A stretch of 64,000 nt of DNA from NCBI GenBank assembly GCA_004431415.1, contig QPMI01000035.1:186001-250000 (forward strand), given 5' to 3'. The notes beneath the pieces are model-generated. The model did not search any database. It saw only the letters and a list, made by a program, of their open reading frames with translations, and had not been told where the DNA came from. Shown here in pieces: positions 1 to 8,921 of this stretch (positions are counted from its first letter, which is position 1; every line of letters begins with the position of its first letter). The translations under genes were made by a program, and so were the position numbers. The DNA comes from Cyanophora paradoxa CCMP329. Taxonomy: Eukaryota; Plantae; Glaucophyta.

Positions 1-3000
1 CTTGCGCGGCACGGCAAAGGTTGTATGCATCATCGGTGGTGCTCGCCGCGTCGAGGTGCAGGCGCTTCGCGTAGCATGCTGCTGCATCCTCCAATCGCCC
101 GCTGCGGAGCCACAGCTCCACGAGCTCGAAGTCGTCGAGCCGCCTCAGCACGTCCGCGTCGCAGAGCAGGTTGGCGAGGGCGTCGCTGTGCCCGGGCCCC
201 GCCCGCGCGAGCGCCCACGGCCCCTCCTCCGCGCGGCGCTGCGACGGCTCGCGAGCGCCAAAGAAATCCCCGAGCCGCGCGTGCGCGGCCTGCCGAGCTG
301 CCCCGGCCTCCTCCAGCCCGAACTCGAGCTCGGCCGCCTGTTATATATACAATATTTATCAAATTGCAATTGTACGGGCCTCTCGACTTTAACAGTATTC
401 TCACCTCCACGGCGCATCGATGGAAGAAGCCAAACACGCCATCTAATTATAATCAACGGAAGTGGAGAGTGAAGAAACACGTGGCTTTCAACAGAAAAGA
501 AGTGGCTGCGTTTGTACCTCGATCCACGAGCATCGGAAGCATCCCGTACCACAACAGGCTCCATTGTACCTGTCACGGAAAACTGTCAGCGTCAGTGATC
601 AAAATATTCTCTGCACACGATGTGCACCTCCGTCGGCCCGCCGGGCTCCCCGACCCGAAGTAGCGCCAGGAGCTCGCTCTCCGCCATCCCGTGGCGCGAG
701 CAGACGATCGCACCCGCCACTGCTGCCACTGGGTTCTCCCCTTCTCCCTCGGCGTTGTACCTCTGCATCAGCCGGCGAAGGACGATGCATATTAGGTCCC
801 GCGGCCCGCCGCAGGCCAGGCACGACTCGAGGACCGCGTCCAGAGTCGCGTGCACCGCCACCGCTGACAGCTCCTCCAGTAGCGTCCGCAGATACAGCCT
901 GATCCAGAGTTGTCGGTCATGGATAAATCAAAACACGAAATGAGAAGAAAGCGACTCCTGGCGCACGCGTTCGCGCAGGCGGGCGAGTGGACTATCTTAT
1001 CGATGCGATCATCGCTCAGAGTACGCCCCTGCTCCTGCAGCACGCGCCACACGACTTCCCTCCGCTGTTCCGTTGTCAGCACCGCCAGCTCGCGCTCTCG
1101 TGTGCGAGGCAGCGCCCGTGTCGCGCTCAGGGCAGGACCTGACCCAGCAATCGACGTCAGCTCAGAACCGGCCGAGCTCAGCACATGTACAGATGCCCAC
1201 AGAAGCGCACCTGGAACACAGGACACGACGATGCGAAGCTCCGGGCCCGCAGCGGGCGGGAGCCAGGCGAGCGAGCGGGCGGCGGGGTCCCCTCGCAGCT
1301 GGTCGAGCGCGTCGAGCACGAGGACCACCCGCCCCGGCCACCGTGCCACCCCCGCGGCGAGCCACGCCTTCAGCCGGCCCGCCACCTCCGCATCACTCCC
1401 GTGCGACTCGACACCCTCCTCATTCGGCCACCGCTCCTTCACCTCCTCGCTGACCCGCCTGCGCGAGCGTGAGCAAAGGTTTGCAGATCCTGTACAGTCA
1501 CGACCCAGCGCAGCGACCGGGCGATGGAAGAGAGGAAGGAGCTGCTCTGCGAGCCGCCAATGAAGTGGGCGATTGTTAGGTCGCCCGGGTGCGCGCCACC
1601 CCACTGCGCCGACCAGTTTGCGAGCACGGCTGATGGCTGAATGAGAGAAGCCAACAATACTAGCGCACACACCAACGCGACGCACAGCTCTTCCCGCATC
1701 CGACCGCGCCGTGCAGCACGAAGATCTCATGCCCGCTTGCCGCAGCATAGGCATCGAGGGCGGCCGCGTCCTGCGGGTCGATGATGAAGGTCCGCCGTCG
1801 AGCTTCCGCAAACGAAGCCTGCGCTGCCCGCTCCTTTTGCAGCCACGTCTGCTGCTGGCCCAGCGGGTAGTCCCGCTCGATCATCTGCGCTCAAAGCGAG
1901 TCGGGCCAAGCGAGGCTCGGCAGTAAACAAAAGGTCAGACCGCGGCAAGGGCGTCGCGCATGGCGAGAGCTAGCTGCTCGGGGCCGTCGTAGTTCGAGAC
2001 GGGGAGGCCGGAGCGGCTGATCTCGCCTTTGAGCTCCTCGATCCGCCGCGCGGCGTACGGCCCCTCCCCCGCATCCGGCGCCGCCCCCTCCGCGAAGTAG
2101 AAAAGGCTACGGCTCCGTGCAGCCTGTTGAAAGCTACGTTCGATCGCGAGGGGGAAGATGGGGCATATGCATGCGCGCAGCTGCTCGCCTCGACATTCCG
2201 AAGGGCGCCCGCTCGAATCTCTGCGGTATGCGAGACGGAAGAAGAAATGAGCGCGATTGGTTAAAAAAAAACGAACCGATCTCGGTCACCGACCGATCAC
2301 TCCACTCCAGTACTAGTACCCACGGGAAGACACCCGCGGCAACTTCCAGGTTTCTGCGCGAAAACTCGCTAGCGCTGCCTGAAATCGAAAGTCGCTCAAG
2401 CTTTAAAGGGGATACCTGCGGAAGAGCTTGTTGTCCTCGTCATCTTCGGCAGCCCCCGGCTTTACGTGCCAGCCGTACCGCCCTGCGCTTGAGCGGTGGG
2501 GCGTCTATCAGCCGACATTATAGGGCAAAGTGGAGGGGCCACCGGCACGCCTTTGATCAGCCCAACGAAATAGGTGCTCCGTTCTACCTCTCGAAGGCAC
2601 AGCCGCATGACCTGGCGGTGAGTCAGACCGAGAGCGCAAAGGGGGAGCTTGAGGGGGGGAGGATGACGCCAACAGAGGAAGACAAGGTTGAGAGGAAGGG
2701 ACGGAGGGGAGTAGGGAGAAAGCGGGGGTAATTATACAGGAAGGGACGGAGGGGAGTAGGGAGAAAGCGGGGGTAATTATAAGGGGACGACTAAAATGGA
2801 GATTACGGGGGGTAGGGTCGGGCCAGCCGGGGCAGGCACTAAGGGCCGAACGAGGAAAATAAAGTGAGGAAAGTGAGAAATGAGTGAATGAATGAAATTG
2901 ACAGGAGAGAGGACAAAGAGGAAGGGAGGAGAGAAGGGGCCACCGGGATGGCAGCCGTGGTCGCGATCGAGATGGATGGCGGAAGGGAGCACGGGAAAGA

Positions 3001-4149
3001 CGGTATACGTAATTTCAAAAAAAGAGAAGAAGGGGAAAGAGGGGGATCGGAAAAGGGGAGGGGGGGGGGGGGCGACCTCGCCGCTGTTAACTTCCTCATC
3101 GCGGATGCCCCACCTGCGCCGATTACGATCATCGCATGCCAGGGACTCGGGATCGAATCGCCACAATGGGAAAGCAGAGCTCGCGGACCGCAGGTCGCCG
3201 ATGTGGAGGAAGAGGCCGCGCGCGTCGCAGAGGGCGCGCAGCCGCGGGTGCACCACCGCGCGGATCTCGTCGCGCTCTGCCATCATGTCCTCTGCGGACG
3301 AGAGGGGCGGGGGCCGGGGAGGGGGGGAGGGGGGGGGGAAGGCGGGGGGCCCAGCGTCAGCTGTACCAGGAGAGCGCGCGGGAAACTTAGAGACGCACTG
3401 AAGGTGGACGATACGAAGATGCGGAGGGCTCGCCCACGGGCTAGCGCTGCTGGGCCAGCTGCGGGGGCGGCGGCGCCCGCCGGCGCGGGCCTCGACGGGG
3501 TGGGTGTGGGGGCGCTCAGAAGGCTGGCGGGGGTCGAGGGCCCAAAGGCCACGTTCTCAATCCGCATCGGCACGTTCTCGTGTATCACCAGAGGCGCCCC
3601 ATCATCTCCAGCGCCGCGGCCAGCGCCGGATCGATATCTGCATGCATATGCGCAGCTGGCCATATGCATATGCATGCATATGGAAACGTTCGCCCCGAGC
3701 TCGAGCTCGGCCGCCGGCGGGCCACGCGTATGTGCACCGCACATGCCAGCGCTGGGCACGACAACGGCGGCTGGCCATGGGGCTTCTTCCTCGCGCGATG
3801 CATCCATATGCATGCATATGGCTGTCGCGGGCTCCACGATCAGCTCTATGGTCCAACGGTCTCCGGGCTCTATAGGTTCCCGTATACGCAGCCGGACTGC
3901 ATAGGCAGCAGCGCATGCATATGCATGCGCAGGTGCGCATGCATATGCCGCGGCCGCCGCGGCCGCGGCCGCGGCCGTGATGCATGCATGTGTGTCTGCC
4001 TTGCCTCCGCCTCCACCGATATCTGTCTCGGTTGACGTAGCTGCAGCAGCTGCAGCTGTCTCGGGCTGCGTGTGACTGTTCTGTTCTAGAAATGCCGCAG
4101 TCTGCATTGTCTCGAGCTGATTACTTCGGCTCATGATCGCGAGCAAAGC
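1..4149 (-). CDS. Multi-exon DUF4062 + NACHT/STAND NTPase protein (NPHP3/TEP1/NWD1-like); 3' part beyond the left edge, 5' end uncertain
   Basis: Spliced exons give RIFVSSTFS-DMMAERDEIRAVVHPRLRALC...DLR-WGIRDEE-VMRLCLREVERSTYFVGLIKG-RYGW...FPWV...RSVTEI (DUF4062). Walker A LHGAVGCGKS (~1690-1720), Walker B VVLVLDALDQL (~1295-1325), then AWLP, LYLRTLLEEL, SRHGMAESEL and GVFGFFH motifs. Confidence 0.85.
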
Positions 4150-4252
4150 CTGCTACAGAAACTCAAGCTCAGAGAAGGAATTCGAAGATCTAGAAGGCTG
4201 GCACCCAGCTAGAGACACCGTACCGGTACCCCCACTTGCGCATTTGGAGGAG

Positions 4253-4911
4253 CACTCGAGGCCCTGGCCCGGCTGCAGTACGAGATCATCGTCCTGGCCC
4301 GCACGCTCCCGTGGGAGCGAGTCTTCCCGTGGGTGCAGCATCACCTCGCCAAGGCCCTCGCGTGTACCGAGGATGCCGACGGCCGGTACCGCGCCCTCGG
4401 CCACCACAGCATGGGGCTCCTCGCGCGCAGCCTTCCTGAGGCAGGGCTTGGCCTTGGGGGCCCTCTGCCCTTTCACGCCGGCAGCATCGTGGCCTCGGCG
4501 GCCACCGTCGACGCAGCCGCCCGCCCGGCGGCAGGCAGCCGGGCCTCGCGTGCCGGCACTGCGGCGCGCCCCGCCGCGGCCGCGCCGGCTGCCGCGCTCG
4601 TGCTCCCGCCCGGCGTCGCCAGCGCCGCGCCCAGCGGCGATGTGCGGGCCGCCTCCGGCTCCGGCCGTGCGCGGTCCCGGGCCGTGCAGGATGCCATTGA
4701 CCGCGGCGCCGTGCCGCACACCGAGGACCCGCGCTACTTCGGCGTCAGCCCGGCCATCTGCTGGTGCTTCAACCAGGGCATCTGCAAGAACGCCGTCAGC
4801 GACGGCGTCTGCTTCTTTGGGCGCCACATCTGCGCCCAGTGCCACAGCCGGGACCACACCGACTGCGCGCGCCGCGGCGCCACCGGCGCGGGCGCCGTCA
4901 GCTCGTCCTGA
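4253..4911 (+). CDS. gag: Gag-like ORF1 (5'-truncated) with C-terminal zinc fingers
   Basis: LARLQYEIIVLARTLPWERV plus ICWCFNQGICK...CFFGRHICAQCHSRDHTDC, the Cys/His arrangement typical of DIRS/Ngaro ORF1. Ends in TGA at 4909-4911. Confidence 0.8.
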
Positions 4912-7149
4912 GCACTCCCCGCAGGCGGCCGCAGTTCCCGCTCCCTGCGGCGCGCCATACGCGGAGCATCACAGGAGCTCTCCGGCGGCGGTGGCACCCA
5001 CTCCGGCGGCAGCGGTGCGCCCATCGCCGCCGTCCCCGCCTCCGCCTCCTCCGGTCTCGGTCGCGGACCTCCCGCGGCTAAGTCCGATCGCCCCCCCCTC
5101 GGCATCTTCCCCCCGGGCGTTGCCCGTCCGCGCACCCGCTCTTATACCAGCGTCCGATGTCTGGGCCGTTGCGTCCAGCGGCCTAGCGGACAGGACAGTG
5201 CGTCTTTTGTCCCCGAGACCCGCAGTTCGACTCCGACCGGGTCCACTTCCGCCGCTTCGAATCCGGAGCGGCGCGTTTCCACGGCGACCGCCGTCGCCCA
5301 CGCCCAAGACCCGCGCTCGATTCCCGCCGGGTCCTCTTTCGCCGCTTCGACTCCGGAGCGGCCCCCTTCCACGTCGGCGGCAGCTACCGCGCCCGCGCGC
5401 GCGCCCGCGCGCATCCGCAAGCAACCGCTGGCCCCCCCTTTCGACACGACCGTCCCGACCTACCCCACCAGTGCCGTCGGCGGCGCCACGCTCCCTCCGG
5501 GACTGGCGCCCACGCCCGTGAACCTCCCCAACCTTCTGGCAGCGCTGACGGACCATCCGGACCCCACGCTCGCCGCCCGCCTGTCCCAGGGCTTCACTCA
5601 CGGCTTCCCCCTGCTCTACCGCGGGCCACCCTACTCGGCGGTCCACAGGCCCCATCCCACGGCGCTGGAGCACCTCGACGCCGTTCGGGCGGATGTCGCC
5701 AAAGAGCGGGCCGCGGGCCGCATGGCCGGCCCTTTCCCGCATCCGCCCTTCGCCCCCTTCGTCGCCTCGCCACTCGGCGCGGTGCCGAAGAAGCGCTCCA
5801 ACCCGCCCAAGTGGCGGCGCATCACCGACCTCTCCTATCCCCGCTTCCGCGGCTTCAGCGTCAACCGCGGCATCGACAATGCCCCCCTCCACTACACCTC
5901 CCCGTCGGTGGCAGACGCGATCGAGCTCATCATCACGCTGGGACGGCTCACGCAGCTGGGCAAGGCCGACGTACGAGACGCCTTCCGCCTACTGCCGGTT
6001 CGCCCGGAGGACTACTGGCTGCTGGGCGCCGCCCTCCCCTCCGAGGATCCCACCCGCCCCGGCGAGTACGACTTCTACTACGACATGGCCCTCCCGTTCG
6101 GCGGCCGCTCCTCCCCACGCACGTTCGAGGACCTCGGGCAGGCCCTCGACCATGTCCTCCGCCGGGCCGGTGTCCTCTTCCTGCGCTACGTCGACGACAT
6201 CCTTGTGCTCGGGCGCCCTGGCACCGCCGAGTGTGCACAGTCGATGGAGGCCCTGCAGGCCATCTGCTCCCACCTGGGCATCCCACTGGCCGCGGAGAAG
6301 CTGGAGGGGCCCGCCTTCCGCTTAGTCTTCCTTGGCGTCGAGCTCGACACCGAGGCGATGGAGGCGCGCCTCTCCGCCGGCCGCTACGAGGACCTCGTGT
6401 CGCTCCTCGGCCGCTGGGAGGGGAAGCGGCACGCCACCCGGCACGACCTCCAGTCCCTTGCCGGCCTCCTCACCTCCGCCACCGCCGTCATCCCCCCGGG
6501 CCGCTTCTTCCTCCAGCGCGTGCTGAGTCTCATCTCCGCGCTGCGTGCGGACCACCACCGTGCCACGCTCCACCCCGGCTTCCATGCGGACCTCCGGTGG
6601 TGGCGCTTCCTGCTCGCCGAGCGGCACGGCGTCCGCCTCCTCCCCACCTCGGCCCGCTGGGCCGACTCGCGGGAGCTCCGCCTGGAGACCGATGCCAGCG
6701 GCGTGGGTTTTGGCGCCGTCTTCGGCGACGCCTGGCTCTTTGGCGCCTGGGCCGACCACTCTGACATCCCTGCCAGCATGCCCTGGCGCGAGCTCATGGC
6801 GATCGTCATCGCCGCCACCACCTGGGGCCCCCAGTGGTATCGCCGGCGCATCCACTTTCACACCGACTGCGAGCCCGTCGCCCTTGCCATCGCCAACGGC
6901 TACTCCCCCCGCCCCGGCTTCGCCGCCCTCCTCCGCACCCTCTATGCCCTTTCCGTCCTCCACTCTTTCGAGTTTCGCGCGACACACATTGCCGGCCTGT
7001 CTAACGTCCTGGCCGACCCCCTCTCCCGCCTCCAGATCGAGCAGTTCCGCCGACTGCACCAGTCAGCGGATTTTTTGCCGACCCCCGCCTGCTGGCCGTC
7101 GATCGACCCCTCGCCGCCCTCGCCACGCATCTCTACATGTCCGGCCTAG
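4912..7149 (+). CDS. pol: Reverse transcriptase - RNase H (pol); conserved part from ~5512
   Basis: TPVN..HPD..GFTHGF, SPLGAVPKK, KWRRITDLS, KADVRDAFR, LPFGGRSSP, YVDD, FLGVELDT; RNase H motifs ETDASG, ELMAI, HTDC, NVLADPLSR. The frame is open from 4912 with no upstream ATG. Confidence 0.95.
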   Translation, partial: ALPAGGRSSRSLRRAIRGASQELSGGGGTHSGGSGAPIAAVPASASSGLGRGPPAAKSDRPPLGIFPPGVARPRTRSYTSVRCLGRCVQRPSGQDSASFVPETRSSTPTGSTSAASNPERRVSTATAVAHAQDPRSIPAGSSFAASTPERPPSTSAAATAPARAPARIRKQPLAPPFDTTVPTYPTSAVGGATLPPGLAPTPVNLPNLLAALTDHPDPTLAARLSQGFTHGFPLLYRGPPYSAVHRPHPTALEHLDAVRADVAKERAAGRMAGPFPHPPFAPFVASPLGAVPKKRSNPPKWRRITDLSYPRFRGFSVNRGIDNAPLHYTSPSVADAIELIITLGRLTQLGKADVRDAFRLLPVRPEDYWLLGAALPSEDPTRPGEYDFYYDMALPFGGRSSPRTFEDLGQALDHVLRRAGVLFLRYVDDILVLGRPGTAECAQSMEALQAICSHLGIPLAAEKLEGPAFRLVFLGVELDTEAMEARLSAGRYEDLVSLLGRWEGKRHATRHDLQSLAGLLTSATAVIPPGRFFLQRVLSLISALRADHHRATLHPGFHADLRWWRFLLAERHGVRLLPTSARWADSRELRLETDASGVGFGAVFGDAWLFGAWADHSDIPASMPWRELMAIVIAATTWGPQWYRRRIHFHTDCEPVALAIANGYSPRPGFAALLRTLYALSVLHSFEFRATHIAGLSNVLADPLSRLQIEQFRRLHQSADFLPTPACWPSIDPSPPSPRISTCPA

Positions 7150-8111
7150 CGGCCAGCACCCGTCGGAGCTACTCGTACCCGCAGCGCGAGTTCATCGAGT
7201 TTTGCCTCCAGCGGGGACTCCACAACCGGCAGGGCTCGGTTTTGCCGGCGTCCGAGACTACTCTCTGCTTCTTCGCGGCGCACCTCTTCCGCCGAGGCGG
7301 GGTCGCCCCGCCATCCATCCGCACGTACATCACGGCCGTGCAGTCGCTGCACGTCGATTCCGGCTTCAGCACCTTCTGGGGCGCCATGCCCCGCCTCGCC
7401 CGGCTGCTCGAGGGCATCGCCCGCGTGGCCGACCCGCGCCCCAAGCTCCGCCGCGACCCGATCACGCGCGGCCAGCTCAGTGCCCTCGCCCAGTACGCGG
7501 CCGCCCACCCTTCACCCGAGACGCGGCTCCTCTGGGCCGCCTTCGCCACTGCCTTCTTCGGCTTCTTCCGCTGCAGCGAGGTCTGCGCCGTCCGCCTCCC
7601 TGTGCCCGACCCGGCCCGGCTCTTCCAGCGCCGCGACCTCCGCTTCTTCGTCGACGAGGGCGAGCGCTTCGCCCGCCTCCACCTGAAGAAGTCGAAGACC
7701 GATCAGCGGGGCCAAGGCTGCGACGTCGACATCCCCCACGTCGGCGGCCCGGAGTGCGCCCACTGCGCCCTGGAGGCCCTCGCTGCCTCCTGGACGGGCC
7801 CCGCCCGCCCCGACGCCTACGTCTTCGCCCACGCCGACTCCGGCCAGCCGCTGACCCGTTCGGAGCTACACGCTGCCCTCCGCAACTGGCTCCGCGCCCT
7901 TGGCTATGCAGCCGACCCCCTGCTGCCTCACAGCTTCCGCATTGGCGCCGCGACCGCAGCGTTCGAGGCCGGCCTCCCCGACTACGCTATACAGCTCCTC
8001 GGCCGCTGGCGGTCCGACGCCTTCCAGCTGTACATCCGTGCGCGCCCCGAGCTTGTCCGCCGCCAGCGGGGCCTCCTCCTCACCAGCGGCTCCACGCCCC
8101 CGGCAACCTGA
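7137..8111 (+). CDS. Tyrosine recombinase (retrotransposon YR)
   Basis: N-terminal LAASTRRSY; catalytic motifs FFGFFRCSE, KSKTDQ, HSFRIGAAT, GRWRSDAFQLYIR (R-K-H-R-W-Y intact). Its ATG overlaps the pol stop. Confidence 0.95.
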   Translation: MSGLAASTRRSYSYPQREFIEFCLQRGLHNRQGSVLPASETTLCFFAAHLFRRGGVAPPSIRTYITAVQSLHVDSGFSTFWGAMPRLARLLEGIARVADPRPKLRRDPITRGQLSALAQYAAAHPSPETRLLWAAFATAFFGFFRCSEVCAVRLPVPDPARLFQRRDLRFFVDEGERFARLHLKKSKTDQRGQGCDVDIPHVGGPECAHCALEALAASWTGPARPDAYVFAHADSGQPLTRSELHAALRNWLRALGYAADPLLPHSFRIGAATAAFEAGLPDYAIQLLGRWRSDAFQLYIRARPELVRRQRGLLLTSGSTPPAT

Positions 8112-8178
8112 TCTTCCTCACACATCTCTCTCCATGGGTGCCAGCGCGCGGCGCCCGCTTCGCCGCCGCCGCCCGCCT

Positions 8179-8474
8179 CGGCGCCTCGGTCCTGCCTCTC
8201 CCCTGTTTCGCGTACCCTAGGCCAGACTGCCGTACCCAGGACAGGTGTTGCGAACTAGCCCTAGTTCACGTACCCCTCTGCCTGATACGGACTCCAGCCC
8301 AGTTTACGCTCAGGATTTCACAGGATCTAGGCAGTCCCCTTCTTGGCACCCATTTCGAGTTGTATATGCATTTACTAGATTAGCATATGACCATGCTAGC
8401 GACGCAGAGCTCACAGCACTGCGGGGAGTGTACCCCTCTATTGCTCAGACTAAACGTATACTCGCTGGAGTTGA
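8179..8474 (+). repeat. Split direct repeat B1 (296 bp)
   Basis: Repeated at 8626-8921 (offset 447). I see one mismatch (tgtatatgc vs tgtgtatgc). Confidence 0.95.
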
Positions 8475-8625
8475 TAGATAGCAAAGTTGTTTACTTAGGT
8501 CAACTCGCGAGTAGGCGTAGAGCAGCTGTACCCGAGGCACGACTGCCCGCCCCTCTTCAGTTGTTGTACCCCGAGTGCGCCGTCGCGCCTCGAGCTCTCC
8601 CACCCGACCCGGCCCTATATGTATC
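8475..8625 (+). repeat. Putative A2 segment of the split direct repeats (A1 partner missing)
   Basis: 151 bp between B1 and B2, matching the A1...B1-A2-B2 layout of Ngaro/PAT elements. No second copy in the window. Confidence 0.6.
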
Positions 8626-8921
8626 CGGCGCCTCGGTCCTGCCTCTCCCCTGTTTCGCGTACCCTAGGCCAGACTGCCGTACCCAGGACAGGTGTTGCGA
8701 ACTAGCCCTAGTTCACGTACCCCTCTGCCTGATACGGACTCCAGCCCAGTTTACGCTCAGGATTTCACAGGATCTAGGCAGTCCCCTTCTTGGCACCCAT
8801 TTCGAGTTGTGTATGCATTTACTAGATTAGCATATGACCATGCTAGCGACGCAGAGCTCACAGCACTGCGGGGAGTGTACCCCTCTATTGCTCAGACTAA
8901 ACGTATACTCGCTGGAGTTGA
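8626..8921 (+). repeat. Split direct repeat B2 (3' terminus of the element)
   Basis: Near-identical copy of 8179-8474. Confidence 0.95.

Noticed and set aside
7137-8111. Phage integrase / bacterial HGT
   Set aside because: The context (gag, RT-RNaseH, split direct repeats) identifies it as a DIRS-order retrotransposon YR.
6545-8383. 612-aa overlapping ORF (and 4133-5521, 462 aa) in the retrotransposon
   Set aside because: Pro/Arg/Ala low-complexity shadow frames expected from high GC3; no domain motifs.
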